From Candidatus Bathyarchaeota archaeon (GTDB taxonomy: Archaea; Thermoproteota; Bathyarchaeia; Bathyarchaeales; Bathycorpusculaceae), in NCBI GenBank assembly GCA_963815095.1, contig CAWFFH010000003.1, positions 800,001 through 864,000 on the forward strand: a stretch of 64,000 nt of DNA, given 5' to 3'. The notes beneath the pieces were generated by a model that was given only the letters and a program-made list of their open reading frames with translations, ran no database searches and was not told where the DNA came from. The position numbers and the translations under genes are program-made. This document shows positions 19,662-30,396 of the stretch, piece by piece. How positions within the stretch are numbered: the first letter of the stretch is position 1; each line of letters starts with the position of its first letter.

Positions 19662-21012
19662 AAAAAACACAATGATAAGTTTAGCTGAGAACGCTGTTAA
19701 AGCAGCGCTCAATAAAGGAGCACAAGACGCTGAAGCTTATGTTTACGAGGGGCAAGCATCAAACATTGGGATTGAACTGGGTCAAATCAGCAAAACAAAC
19801 AGAATAATTGACCGCGGCTTAGGAGTTAGAGTGGCCCTTAACAAAGCAATCGGGTTTGCCTATACAAACATCGTGGAGGACGCAAAGGCTGTCGACGGCG
19901 CTGTTAATAGCGCATTGAGTTCGGCAAGGGCAAGTAAACCTGACCCAGACTGGAACGGGCTTTCTCAAAAGAAACCCTATGTCCAGACGCATAAGACTTT
20001 TGACAAAAAAATCGTTGCCTTAAGCTCCGAAGAGTTAGTAGGCATTGCCGTAACTATGCTAGATGCTGCTGGGCAAGTGGATAAACGTGTTTTCCCAATT
20101 GAAGGCGGCGTAGGCAGCGCTTATCTATCTAACGCCATCGCCAACTCAAACGGCATAACAGGCTTTGATAAGGGAACAGTGATCGAGTGCAGTGTGGCTA
20201 CGTTAGCTAAAGAAGGCAATTCCGTTACACCTGTATGTTTCGAGTTTAACGCTGCAAGAACCTACGACCTTGACCCTGCTTGGGTTGGAAGAGAAGCAGC
20301 CAAAATGGCGCTTTCAGCATTAAAAACCCAGTCGGTAGAAACCAAATCAGGCAAGGTTATCCTTACACAATTTGCATTACAAGAACTTCTATCTTACACT
20401 TTAGTCAACGCGATCCGGGCCGATAGTGTTCAGCGGGACCAGTCTCCGTTTAAGGGAAAAATCGGGGAAAAAGTTGCCTCAGAAAACCTCACAATTTACG
20501 ACGATGGCTTATTTGCCGGTGGATTACGCACAGGGATGTTTGATGGCGAAGGCGTACCACACCAAAAAACTCCAGTCATAGAGAAAGGTATCCTGCGCAA
20601 CTTTTTGTACGATAATTATTCGGCCAAGAAAGAGGGCAAAGAAAGCACAGGTAACGCTTCACGGGCTGGATACCTCTCAACACCTGGAATCGATACAACT
20701 AATTTCCATATCATTCCAGGAAACAAAACATCTAACGAAATGCTAGGCGAAGTCGACGATGGTTTAATTGTCTATTACCTCCAAGGTGCTCACAGCAGTA
20801 ACCCAGTCAGTGGCGAATTCTCTGTCGTTGCGACCCCTGCTTGGAAGATCAAGAAAGGAGAAATAACCCATTGCTCAAGAGGGGTTATGTTGGCTGGCAA
20901 TATCTTTGAATTGCTAAAAAACATTAGCGTGGTCGGCAGTAACGAGAGGCAGATGGGGCAGCTGATTTCGCCTTGGCTACAAGTTGAGAATGTTCGAGTG
21001 ATTGGGCAATAG
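19654..21012 (+). CDS. pmbA: TldE/PmbA partner subunit
   Basis: [27 protein letters not shown]; no HExxxH; follows tldD. Confidence 0.9.
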   Translation: MLEKNTMISLAENAVKAALNKGAQDAEAYVYEGQASNIGIELGQISKTNRIIDRGLGVRVALNKAIGFAYTNIVEDAKAVDGAVNSALSSARASKPDPDWNGLSQKKPYVQTHKTFDKKIVALSSEELVGIAVTMLDAAGQVDKRVFPIEGGVGSAYLSNAIANSNGITGFDKGTVIECSVATLAKEGNSVTPVCFEFNAARTYDLDPAWVGREAAKMALSALKTQSVETKSGKVILTQFALQELLSYTLVNAIRADSVQRDQSPFKGKIGEKVASENLTIYDDGLFAGGLRTGMFDGEGVPHQKTPVIEKGILRNFLYDNYSAKKEGKESTGNASRAGYLSTPGIDTTNFHIIPGNKTSNEMLGEVDDGLIVYYLQGAHSSNPVSGEFSVVATPAWKIKKGEITHCSRGVMLAGNIFELLKNISVVGSNERQMGQLISPWLQVENVRVIGQ

Positions 21013-21025
21013 TTCTCTGATTTTT

Positions 21026-22234
21026 CTACCTACTTGCCCAAAAGCTCTTTGAATACTCGCCTAAGACTCCCTCGTAGATTTGCAAGGTCTGTTGGGCGAT
21101 TTTTTCCCAATCATACTTTTCCAGGACTCGTTTGTAAGCGTTTTCCTTGAGATATTTAGCGTAGTTGCCGTCAAGCAAGACTTTTGCAATCCCCCATGCT
21201 AGTGAATCAGGATTGTTGGGATATACTTTAACGCCGGTTACGTCATGTTCGATAATTTCAGATAAGCCACCTGTGTCGGATGCAACTACTGGACTCTGAG
21301 CCGCCATAGCCTCCAAAGCAACGATACCAAAGGGTTCAAAAAGCGAAGGCACAACAGACACATCAGCTACTCTTTGAAGTTTAAGCAATGTTGCTTCATC
21401 CATGAAGCCTTCAAAGAGCACTTTGTGCTCCAACCCCATGCTGCGGACGATGTTTAGGAGTTGTTCTTTCATGTAACCACTGCCAACGATTATGAATTTA
21501 GCGTTGGCTTTGCTCAGGATTTTTGGAACAGCGTTTATCAGAACATGGATGCCTTTTTCGTAAACTAAGCGTCCGACGAAGAGTACTATTTTTTCTTCGG
21601 GCAAAGCATACTTGCTTCTGAAATCCTTCATGTCATTGTTGCCGTCATAGTTGTGTGTGTTTACGCCGTTTGGAACCATAACTAGCTTGTCGTTTGGTAA
21701 CCCGAAAACGTATTTTACATGGGAAATCATGTAGTCGCTGCAGCAAATAACTTTCCATGCTTCGTAGGTAAGCCATGCTTCGGTTTCATGAATCATTCTT
21801 TCAGTAGTTGTGTGTACCCCATCTCGTCTGCCCATTTCGGTTGAATGCATGGTCGCAAGAAGAGGTTTTCTGAAAACGTGTTTTAACCCGATTCCTGCGT
21901 TTGCGACGAGCCAATCGTGAGCGTGGAAAACGTCAATTTTGTCGGCTATTTTTCTTGCTATCGCAGCGGTTTCTCGTTGCATGTTCATGTTCATCAAGTA
22001 AACCCATGTAGCGAAGTCGGGTGCTGGGTTTTTGTACGAATCCACTCTATAGACTTCTACGTCGTCAATTACTTCATGGGCTGGTGCTCCGGGGAAATCG
22101 CAGGTTACTACATAAACTTTAACGCCTTGTTTAGCTAGGTTTTTGGATAAGAAGTATACGTGGGGCGATATGCCTCCGATTACTCTCGGCGGGTACTCCC
22201 AGCTTAACATCATGACACTTAATTTATCTTTAAT
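21026..22234 (-). CDS. GT4 (glycogen synthase-like) glycosyltransferase
   Basis: SWEYPP...GG, HAHDWL, TMHSTE.GR, FVGRLVYEKG, EPFGIVALEAM; start either ATG 22213 or ATT 22234. Confidence 0.92.
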   Translation of the reverse strand: MKDKLSVMMLSWEYPPRVIGGISPHVYFLSKNLAKQGVKVYVVTCDFPGAPAHEVIDDVEVYRVDSYKNPAPDFATWVYLMNMNMQRETAAIARKIADKIDVFHAHDWLVANAGIGLKHVFRKPLLATMHSTEMGRRDGVHTTTERMIHETEAWLTYEAWKVICCSDYMISHVKYVFGLPNDKLVMVPNGVNTHNYDGNNDMKDFRSKYALPEEKIVLFVGRLVYEKGIHVLINAVPKILSKANAKFIIVGSGYMKEQLLNIVRSMGLEHKVLFEGFMDEATLLKLQRVADVSVVPSLFEPFGIVALEAMAAQSPVVASDTGGLSEIIEHDVTGVKVYPNNPDSLAWGIAKVLLDGNYAKYLKENAYKRVLEKYDWEKIAQQTLQIYEGVLGEYSKSFWASR

Positions 22235-22853
22235 GTTTGTTTGCCTCCGCCACCTTGTTGTATGACTTCACGACTTCTTTTACTAAAGAACTGGGGTCAG
22301 TTGAAATTACTGCTATTTTTTCTTTGGGAACTTTATAAATTCTAATAACCTCATCTCTCATCCACTCGGATTTTACGTTAACTCTTGCAGCTTCATAGAA
22401 TCCAAGCCACTCTATGCTTTTGATGGCCATGTTGTAGGATGAGTTTGTGTTTGGTGACCGATGGTCTTCTAGGCTTTCAACTGAGTAAATAAACGGGATG
22501 CCTAATCCGTTTTTTAAAGTGACAGCCGCGGGTATAAAGTGCCAATCAAAAACGTCTATTAGGTCAACCTGCTTTTGGGAGTCATAGTAAATGTCGGTTG
22601 CAGCCCGTTCAATTTCCTGATTTAATGTGAGTACCCATGTTAATACTCCAATATGGGTTCGCACGGGGTTAGCTACTCTGAAAGTTTTTACGCCGCTGGG
22701 CTCCTGTGTTTGACCTGTTGCGGAGTCATCATAAGTTACAACGTTAACATCCACTTTGCTATTGGCAAGTTGTGTAGATAGAGAACTGACGTATCCAGAG
22801 AGTTGACCAACAACCCTAGGCGGATACTCCCAAGAAAAAATGATGACACGCAT
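22230..22853 (-). CDS. GT4 N-terminal-domain-only protein
   Basis: SWEYPPRVVG paralogous to downstream GT4; lacks the whole donor-binding C-terminal domain. Confidence 0.8.
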   Translation of the reverse strand: MRVIIFSWEYPPRVVGQLSGYVSSLSTQLANSKVDVNVVTYDDSATGQTQEPSGVKTFRVANPVRTHIGVLTWVLTLNQEIERAATDIYYDSQKQVDLIDVFDWHFIPAAVTLKNGLGIPFIYSVESLEDHRSPNTNSSYNMAIKSIEWLGFYEAARVNVKSEWMRDEVIRIYKVPKEKIAVISTDPSSLVKEVVKSYNKVAEANKH

Positions 22854-22860
22854 ATTTCCA

Positions 22861-23112
22861 CTACGTGAAAAGTGAGCAGACCTTAATTATTCCTCTTCCA
22901 TTGAGATAGTATCGTTTCTTGCCTTCATTGTCGTAGAAACTTTCGGCGAAACCCTCCGATTTGTATCGGTCTAGGATGCCTTCGATTTCGTTGGGATCTT
23001 TCTGCAGAAGTCGTGCTACTTCCTCGCCTCTTCGAGCTAAATCAGCGGCGGTAGCGCACAAGTTATGCAGCGTCTGAAGGACTTTATCGGGAAATGGAAG
23101 TTCTTCTCTCAT
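22861..23112 (-). CDS. Small winged-helix protein
   Basis: Helix pattern followed by wing KKRYYLNGRG. Confidence 0.65.
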   Translation of the reverse strand: MREELPFPDKVLQTLHNLCATAADLARRGEEVARLLQKDPNEIEGILDRYKSEGFAESFYDNEGKKRYYLNGRGIIKVCSLFT

Positions 23113-23179
23113 TTTGTATGCACCATGCCATCAGAGAGTACATCGACTTATCTTATAAACGCATGCGGGTTTGCTTTTC

Positions 23180-24727
23180 TTAGAAAAGCTGGGTTGCATC
23201 CTGTACTTCCTTGATTTGGGCGGTGTATCGCTTTTTTGCTTCATCAACCATGTCTTTTCTAAGTTTTTCGCCTCTTGCTCCGGACGTTTTTAGTGCCTTG
23301 AGCTTGGCTGCTAATTTCTTGTCTTTTAGCGAGCTCTGGACCCAACTTTCGAAATCGCCGTTGTCAATGTGGAATTCTATAGCTTTGGTGTCTACTTCTT
23401 GTAGTGTTTTGATGAATCCCTTCAAGCTCCAAGCCATCATGTTCGTATAGAATTCCTTTCCAATGCCTGTGTAGAATAGGAATGGTTCGTTAGCCGTTAA
23501 AATTGTAAGTCTTAGCCTTGCTTCGAAATCGTTGAGTAATGTCTGGGCAGCTACAAAAGCGTCCATGGGTGACTCATATGGGCTAAAGTAGGAGTGGACT
23601 TCTCCAGGTCCGCCTCCTGCAGTGAACATATAGTAAAGGTGGTCGCTTGTTTGGAAGTCACGCCACAACCTGAGAAACTCGCTATCCTCTGCTTCTTTTA
23701 TCATTGGTTCTAATCTGCGCAGGGTTGTGTAGTACGCCCATTGCATTACATTGCCAAGCCACCCAGATTGGTCTCTTTGAATGTCAGCCCACGAAACGGT
23801 GCCTCCAGCTTCTGGGACATCAATTTCTCCTGCCGAAGCATGTTTGTCAATAACTTCAGAAGGTGTAACCATCTGCAGGTGGTCAAACTTTAGTATCTCA
23901 TCTGGGAGATGTTGAAGGAAACCATGGATTCCTGTTTCTGGCCAGTGGTGTTCGCCAAAGGTTTCGTAGTCGGGAAAGATATTGATACATTCGCCCTTTG
24001 TTTCAGCTAGCCACCGAGCGTATTTGTCTGCGGTTAGAGGCCACTCTGGCCACCATCTTGCCGAAAACCTAAAGCCGATGTCGTCAGTTAACTTGTAATT
24101 TCGTAGTAGAACACGGATTTTTTTGGTACCTTTAGGTGTGTAAATGAAATTGGGTGATTTTTCACCAAGTATTTTCTCGATACCTTCAGTGTAAATGCCC
24201 TTGTAACCCATGCCTTCAACGGTTTTGGCGATGGTGTTGTTATAGAGTAGTTCTGTGTTCTCAAAAATGTGCGGTGTATAACCCAGCAAGTCCTTGACGG
24301 TTTGTTTGTGCATTTTTGCTTGTTCAATGAACTCTTCTTTTTCAGGGTAGAGGCTGGAAATTGAGTGGTAGTATGTTTGGTTTAAAAACTCGACGCATCC
24401 TGAAGTTGAAAGTTGTTTAAAGCTTTCCAGGAGGTCCTTGTCGAACATTTCACATTGTTCAAGAAAAACCCCTGAAACGCTAAACGAAACTTTAACCTGT
24501 TTGCGGTCATGTTTGTGTCGGTCAATTACGTCGAGAAGTATTTGGTTTGAGGGAAAGTAGCATTTACGTGCAGCTCTTTTGAAGATTTCCCTGTCAATTT
24601 CATTATCAAAATAATAGTTGAATAGTTCATTTTTCAATAAGCGCCTAAATGTCTTGCCTTCCCAAAACAGGTTTCTTCTCAACCTGTGAGGTTGATGCAC
24701 TTCAAAGACAAACACAACATCGGTCAT
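23180..24727 (-). CDS. GH57 alpha-amylase with C-terminal DUF5752-like domain
   Basis: FEVHQP, QTYYHS, ENTELLY, DYETFGEH, TSDHLYYM; C-terminal PF.F...SLKGF...IEFH..NGDFESWV. Confidence 0.9.
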   Translation of the reverse strand: MTDVVFVFEVHQPHRLRRNLFWEGKTFRRLLKNELFNYYFDNEIDREIFKRAARKCYFPSNQILLDVIDRHKHDRKQVKVSFSVSGVFLEQCEMFDKDLLESFKQLSTSGCVEFLNQTYYHSISSLYPEKEEFIEQAKMHKQTVKDLLGYTPHIFENTELLYNNTIAKTVEGMGYKGIYTEGIEKILGEKSPNFIYTPKGTKKIRVLLRNYKLTDDIGFRFSARWWPEWPLTADKYARWLAETKGECINIFPDYETFGEHHWPETGIHGFLQHLPDEILKFDHLQMVTPSEVIDKHASAGEIDVPEAGGTVSWADIQRDQSGWLGNVMQWAYYTTLRRLEPMIKEAEDSEFLRLWRDFQTSDHLYYMFTAGGGPGEVHSYFSPYESPMDAFVAAQTLLNDFEARLRLTILTANEPFLFYTGIGKEFYTNMMAWSLKGFIKTLQEVDTKAIEFHIDNGDFESWVQSSLKDKKLAAKLKALKTSGARGEKLRKDMVDEAKKRYTAQIKEVQDATQLF

Positions 24728-24882
24728 AACAATTTAGCCTTCAATCATCATAACAGAACTTACAGGTATTTCTAATTTTTCTTCATTCTGCAACCTACAA
24801 TTCTATTTGGGTTTTTTACTGTGAGTTTGAGAAAGTTTTAATGCTTTTCATTTACCATTATAGGTTAAGCGGTTGAGGCGGG

Positions 24883-26157
24883 TTGGCTGAGGGCAAAGAA
24901 GAAATTTACTCAACTATGTTTAGTTCGCTTAAACATCCTGCCCGCCGCAAAATACTTCGAATATTAGCTGATAAGCCCTTGACTTTTTCGGAAATGCTTG
25001 AGTTGTTGGGTGTTTCCAGCTCCAACTTAACCTACCACCTTGAAAGTTTAGGAGAACTTATAGCCAAAGACGACAATGGCGTTTACAGATTATCCACATT
25101 TGGATTGGCTTCTGTTAGCACAATGAAGATCGTGGAAGAAGCACCTCCCGTTCAGCCCAAAAAACGTACGTCTCTATCGTTGAAGTGGAAAACTATCCTC
25201 GGAGTTTTACTAGTCGGCTTAATAGTATTTGCCAGCATGGCTGCACTGCAATATGGCGTTTTAAATCAAACATCCAGCGAACGGGACAGTTTGAAGTCAA
25301 AATACAATCAACTGCTATCCTGGAGCGCTTCCACAAACAACGCCATAAATTTCTTGCAGCAAGTAACCCAACTCGACACTTCACACTATCAAGCAACTCT
25401 TTTAAGCAATACTATCGAGCAGCGGTCTGATTTAGGTGGTGCCTTAGAGCAGGTAATGACTTATTCTTTGACCAGTATTGACAGCAAGATAGATGTAGTT
25501 TTCAGGTTCCGCAATAACCAGTTGTCCCGTTACCAACTTATTCTGCTGGATGGTGCGCCAGTTTATTCTCAAGCACAATCCCATAGCGAACTGGATGACG
25601 TAAAGAATCTGATCAGTAGGTTTGCGACGTTTGAGGGTAACTCCTATCTGGCTAACATGAGTAGTTTGTTGGCATTGGTTGTCGAGCCACAAAATATTGA
25701 AATAAAAGAAGGTAACCTAAAACTCAACGCCTCCTTCTCCGGCAACGGCGCACAAATACTTATAATGTATACAGAGAACGGGGTTGATTTTTCGCCTAAG
25801 AGTCTGAGTTTAATTTTTGATAACGGTGACTTGGAAACTTTAGCTGATGGTTACTTCTTGTTCAATGTTGGAAGCACTGTGATTAACGTATCAAGCGACA
25901 AAGCATTAGAACTTGCAAGAGTCGCTCTTGGAAGTTACAGCTGGACCGCAGAAGGAAACGTTGTTTCTAGTTTTCAAGTGCTTCCTCAACCAACCGTGAT
26001 TTTCCACCCTAATACCAAAAACTCTCTTGCTCTCTACCCGCAATACACGATAATATTTTATCTCGACAAAGTATACCCTGGCGGAGTAAACTCGATAGCT
26101 GTTGAAGTTTGGGCAGATAACGGAAGTATTGCTCAGATTAAGACCCAAAACAGTTAA
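24883..26157 (+). CDS. Membrane-anchored ArsR-like wHTH regulator with large extracytoplasmic domain
   Basis: LKHPARRKIL...LTYHL wHTH, single TM (ILGVLLVGLIVFASMAAL), about 300-aa C-terminal domain. Confidence 0.75.
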   Translation: MAEGKEEIYSTMFSSLKHPARRKILRILADKPLTFSEMLELLGVSSSNLTYHLESLGELIAKDDNGVYRLSTFGLASVSTMKIVEEAPPVQPKKRTSLSLKWKTILGVLLVGLIVFASMAALQYGVLNQTSSERDSLKSKYNQLLSWSASTNNAINFLQQVTQLDTSHYQATLLSNTIEQRSDLGGALEQVMTYSLTSIDSKIDVVFRFRNNQLSRYQLILLDGAPVYSQAQSHSELDDVKNLISRFATFEGNSYLANMSSLLALVVEPQNIEIKEGNLKLNASFSGNGAQILIMYTENGVDFSPKSLSLIFDNGDLETLADGYFLFNVGSTVINVSSDKALELARVALGSYSWTAEGNVVSSFQVLPQPTVIFHPNTKNSLALYPQYTIIFYLDKVYPGGVNSIAVEVWADNGSIAQIKTQNS

Positions 26158-26289
26158 ACCTTCAGAAAATTGGCTTCTACACAATTAGATTGTGTTTGCG
26201 ATAAAATGGTGTCAATCTTTGGTTTTCTTAAAAAGAATTATTTTGCGATTAAACAAAAAAAGAAAAGAAAGGAAAGTTTTCTTGCTTCT

Positions 26290-28911
26290 TTACTGTCTTT
26301 TCTTCAGCAGTAGTAAGATCATTACTATTGCCACTACGATTATGAGGACAAATAATCCTGCGATTGCTGGCACGAAGTAGATGTCTACCATTGATGCTAA
26401 AGTCGTTGGTGCTGGTGTTGCTGTTGGGGCTGCCGGATCAACTGTGAAAGCAGTTATAGCGTGTGCTGGCCAGTAGGATTCAGAGCCTCCGAACGATGCA
26501 TAGACGGTGTATTGTCCTTCTATGTCGGGTTTCCAGTTTAAGCTAAAGAATCCATCGGTGCTTACTGTGGTGCCTATCTCTCGGTAGTTGCCGTTTGCAT
26601 CAACAACGCTAATGACGATTGGAACGCCAACTATGTCTGTGGGACGTGGTTTCTGCATGTAAACGTACTCCATCCATCCGGTTTGGCTTGCATCAGAGAC
26701 TGCTGGAACGCCGTTGGGGAATCGTGCTGCTTGCTCTTTTTGTTTTGTGCCTGCCGCTATGTCGGTGATTGTGCCCTTAATCATGATGCTGCTTCCGCTT
26801 GGAATAACATCGTTGGTGACTGAGACTGTCATTTGGCTTGGTCCTTTTCCGACAGTGTACACTTGCATGTCATAGGTATTAAGGAAGACAAAGAATCCAT
26901 CCGCAACGCGATCGTATGTTGCGTCCATGCCTGTGCCCCAGCCCATCAAAGTCCATATTTCTGTTCCGTCTGTAGCGTTAATGACTCTGTATTGCACATC
27001 TTTGTAGAATGGTGAGTTGGGCGAGTGTTCTGTGGATCCTAAGAATAGTTTTCCATCCGCAATAACGTCGAGGTCATATGGGTAGGTTCCGTAGGATGTT
27101 TCAAGACCTGCAAATGTGCTGTTTCCGGGACCGCCGTTTCCGTAGGTCCATAATAGGTCTCCATTGGTTATGTCGTAGGCGTAGAGTTCTCCGCCATAGC
27201 CTGTTACGTATATTTTGCCGTAAGCGACCGCTGGATAGTTCCTGAAGTAAATGTAATCATTCATGGGTTCAACTGGTCCCCATATTTTTTCGCCGTTGGT
27301 TAAGCTATAGCCCGCCATTGTTGTGGTCTCTTTGTCATATAGTATAAAGACGCCTCGTTGAGGATCCCAGTTTGCAAGACCACGAGTTACGTTGCCTTCT
27401 GCGGGTTCAAAGTGTTTTGTCCATAGTACTTGTCCTCTTGAATTCGGGTTCAGGCTTATGGCTGTAACGTTCGCTCCTTCTAAGGATACAGTTGCAAAGG
27501 GAGCAGTTGGATGCCCTCCGAAACTGCCTTGAACCAGAAGCATTATGTTATCCAGACTAGCTCTATCAACGCGCCATGTACCAGAGTTTGAGAGTGTTAT
27601 TGATACGTTGTAGTCATAGTTAGCTGGTGTGCTTGCGTCTATTTGTCCTGAGTACCATCCGCCTGCTGCTGTTCCTGCTGCTGTTGCGATAGATTTAGAG
27701 GAATTCCATTGAAGAAGGCGCCAGTCAGGATTAGCAGTTGTGCCTTTGTTGACAACTGAGTATCGTATTACTTCGCCGTTTGGACCTGGAACTGCTGCAA
27801 GATTAGTGTTTGTTGACGGAACGCCTGTTACGTTTAATGCGGTTGGAAGTCCTGTTGTTGGGTCGTATGATCTTCCGAAGTTGCTTGAGAACAGAAGTCC
27901 ATTCGGTAGGATGCCGTGTTGGTTGGGAGTGTCAAGTGAGGGTAGTAAACCAAAGCTTATGCTAGGTAATCCAGATCCAGATCTTCCTATGTCCGGGTTG
28001 TACCAGATTTGCTCGCCGGTTTGTAAATCTATGCAGACCCATCCGCCACCTACGCCAGAATTGCCGTACGGGAGTTCGTAGTATAGTCTTCCATTCATGA
28101 TTAGGGCGTTAGAGAATCGAGTTTGGTATGAGCCGCCTGTGTAATACATTTCGCCTGGGATAGCAGTGTTGTTTCCGCCAACTACACCTCCATCTTGAAG
28201 AGGTTTGCTCCACATTATGTGTGCGCTGTTTGGTGCGGTTCCATCGGGTTGTACTCTCGCAATGTAGAGGCCAGAGGTGCCTCCTCCGACCGAGGCGCCG
28301 GATAGGATGAATGGTTCTCCAAGCCAGTTTGACGAGATTGAATACCAGTCTGTGTTTTGTCCTTCTATTGGGCGTGTCCAGTATTCGGTTGGCAGCGGAT
28401 AGCTGTTTTTGGGTGCCGGAAGCGGGTCTTGCTGAACTGTTAACTCAAATGTATCGTGCGCCGCTGTAAATACATCGCCGTTCCATGTTTTCTCAGTTGA
28501 TGAGCTATTCCAAGTATATGTTTGTTCAGGATAGTTAAAGTTGAGAGTGTATGTGCCGACTTGAGTTGGTGTATAGCTGATGAATTGAACGCTGGTTGGG
28601 TCTGAAACTATTGGCCAGTTGTATGATTGTTCTTTTCCATCAGGAGCTGTTACCGTTAATGTATAATCATGGCGTCTGATGTCGTTGTCTACGGTTGCAC
28701 CAGGAAGAGGACCGTCAACCCACATTATAATAAGGACGGATTGACCGACACCAACAGGGTTGGGTCCAGCCTGAAGATAACCGTAGGAGTCAATAGTCCA
28801 TTTAGGTGAGTGCGCAGTTGTCGTTGGCATTAGCAAAATCGATGTAGTCATTGAAATTATTAGAAACAAAGCAATCAAAATAGTTGTAACTCTATTTTTT
28901 GAGTTTTTCAT
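26290..28911 (-). CDS. Large secreted, C-terminally anchored PQQ-type beta-propeller surface protein
   Basis: Signal peptide; repeated D.xTGE.IW / NG..LW blades; Ig-like end domains; PTATPAPTT linker, TM and KKRQ tail. Confidence 0.8.
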   Translation of the reverse strand: MKNSKNRVTTILIALFLIISMTTSILLMPTTTAHSPKWTIDSYGYLQAGPNPVGVGQSVLIIMWVDGPLPGATVDNDIRRHDYTLTVTAPDGKEQSYNWPIVSDPTSVQFISYTPTQVGTYTLNFNYPEQTYTWNSSSTEKTWNGDVFTAAHDTFELTVQQDPLPAPKNSYPLPTEYWTRPIEGQNTDWYSISSNWLGEPFILSGASVGGGTSGLYIARVQPDGTAPNSAHIMWSKPLQDGGVVGGNNTAIPGEMYYTGGSYQTRFSNALIMNGRLYYELPYGNSGVGGGWVCIDLQTGEQIWYNPDIGRSGSGLPSISFGLLPSLDTPNQHGILPNGLLFSSNFGRSYDPTTGLPTALNVTGVPSTNTNLAAVPGPNGEVIRYSVVNKGTTANPDWRLLQWNSSKSIATAAGTAAGGWYSGQIDASTPANYDYNVSITLSNSGTWRVDRASLDNIMLLVQGSFGGHPTAPFATVSLEGANVTAISLNPNSRGQVLWTKHFEPAEGNVTRGLANWDPQRGVFILYDKETTTMAGYSLTNGEKIWGPVEPMNDYIYFRNYPAVAYGKIYVTGYGGELYAYDITNGDLLWTYGNGGPGNSTFAGLETSYGTYPYDLDVIADGKLFLGSTEHSPNSPFYKDVQYRVINATDGTEIWTLMGWGTGMDATYDRVADGFFVFLNTYDMQVYTVGKGPSQMTVSVTNDVIPSGSSIMIKGTITDIAAGTKQKEQAARFPNGVPAVSDASQTGWMEYVYMQKPRPTDIVGVPIVISVVDANGNYREIGTTVSTDGFFSLNWKPDIEGQYTVYASFGGSESYWPAHAITAFTVDPAAPTATPAPTTLASMVDIYFVPAIAGLFVLIIVVAIVMILLLLKKRQ

Positions 28912-29134
28912 TTTATTTTTTCTCCAAATATTGAACGAAAACCTTTAGGATTTCGCTCATGCTTTAATGTATTTTGATTGTATGTCTATATAAAAATTTG
29001 CAGAGTAACACTGACGACAAAAAAAAACAGCGTTTAGTAAAAGAAATTGTTTCTGTTTATGGTAAGCCCTTGAAAATAAAATATTTTGAGTTCGATGGGG
29101 AAAATTTATATGACGAGCCGTTGACTACCATGAC

Positions 29135-29761
29135 ATGGCTCCCAACAAAAAACGTAAACCTGCAAAACGTAAATCCTACAACACACTGTTCATAGGCGTA
29201 GCCGTAATACTTATAGTAGTTTTCGGCGTCGCAGCTTACATGGCAGTAGCTAACCAGGGTTCACCAACAAAGACGTTTCCTCCCACCAAAGTTTTGCTAG
29301 AAACCTCCGCAGGGAACATAACCATCGATTTAAGAACAGATAAACCGATTACTTCAGCAAACTTTGCAAACCTCGTTAAAGATGGTAAGTACGATGGCAC
29401 AATCTTCCACCGAACGATTACTGGCTTCATGATTCAAGGTGGAGAAGTTAGCGGTTCAGTTCCAACAATACCTGATGAGATAGGCAACAACAACCGCAAC
29501 ACACCATACACAATAGCGATGGCAAAGACCAGCGCACCCAACTCTGCAACGAGCGGATTCTTCATAAACGTCGAAGATAATGGACAAAAGTATGCTCCAA
29601 GCTTCGATGCAACCTACACAGTGTTCGGCACAGTAATCTCAGGCAAAGACGTTGTTGACGCAATAGCTAATGCTCCAGTAACAGAAAACCCCAACATTCC
29701 TGGTGAAATGAGCCTCCCAGTAAACCCTGTTACGTTGATAAAAGCGATGATTCTACCATAA
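29135..29761 (+). CDS. Membrane-anchored cyclophilin-type peptidyl-prolyl isomerase
   Basis: N-terminal TM; YDGTIFHR, FMIQGG, IAMAK, FFIN, YTVFG. Confidence 0.9.
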   Translation: MAPNKKRKPAKRKSYNTLFIGVAVILIVVFGVAAYMAVANQGSPTKTFPPTKVLLETSAGNITIDLRTDKPITSANFANLVKDGKYDGTIFHRTITGFMIQGGEVSGSVPTIPDEIGNNNRNTPYTIAMAKTSAPNSATSGFFINVEDNGQKYAPSFDATYTVFGTVISGKDVVDAIANAPVTENPNIPGEMSLPVNPVTLIKAMILP

Positions 29762-29877
29762 GCAAAAATAAAAAATCATTTTTTTCTTTTCTTTAATTAT
29801 GAGAGAAGAGTGTTATAGATGTCTTTTTGCGATAGCAATAATAGTTATCATTTTAATTGGTATTGAGGTCATAAATT

Positions 29878-30366
29878 ATGAGTGCAAGTAAAGATGAATA
29901 CTCAAATGCAACCAAAGTTCTTCTCCACACAAGCATGGGTGACATAACCATCGCTCTAAGAAATGACATGCCAATAACAACTGGCAACTTCAAAAACCTT
30001 ATCCAAAAAGGAACCTACAACGGCACAATCTTCCATAGAGTCATACCGGGTTTCATGATTCAAGGCGGGGACCCAACAGGAACCGGATATGGAGACCCAT
30101 CCATTCCCGAGATAAAAGATGAATTCACAAGAACCAACCGCAATGACAAAGGCACAATATCTATGGCGAATGCGGGTCCAAATACCGGAAGCAGCCAATT
30201 CTTCATCAACCAAGTAAACAACAACTTCTTAGACGACAAGCATCCAGCGTTTGGCAAGGTTGTCTCTGGAATGGATGTTGTCGATGTGATCGCTAAAGTG
30301 CCAAGAAACTCAAACGATAAACCCAAAACAAACGTAACAATAATCAACGCATCAATAGTGCCATAG
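29878..30366 (+). CDS. ppiA: Cytoplasmic cyclophilin-type peptidyl-prolyl isomerase
   Basis: FHRVIPGFMIQGGDPTGTG, SMANAGPNTGSSQFFI. Confidence 0.93.
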   Translation: MSASKDEYSNATKVLLHTSMGDITIALRNDMPITTGNFKNLIQKGTYNGTIFHRVIPGFMIQGGDPTGTGYGDPSIPEIKDEFTRTNRNDKGTISMANAGPNTGSSQFFINQVNNNFLDDKHPAFGKVVSGMDVVDVIAKVPRNSNDKPKTNVTIINASIVP

Positions 30367-30396
30367 ACAAAAAATGAGAACTAAAAAGACCAATAG

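Noticed and set aside
23135-23150. AGAGT-ACATCG-ACTTA near-match to the island palindrome
   Set aside because: Single mismatched copy outside the island; compatible with chance without a genome-wide scan.
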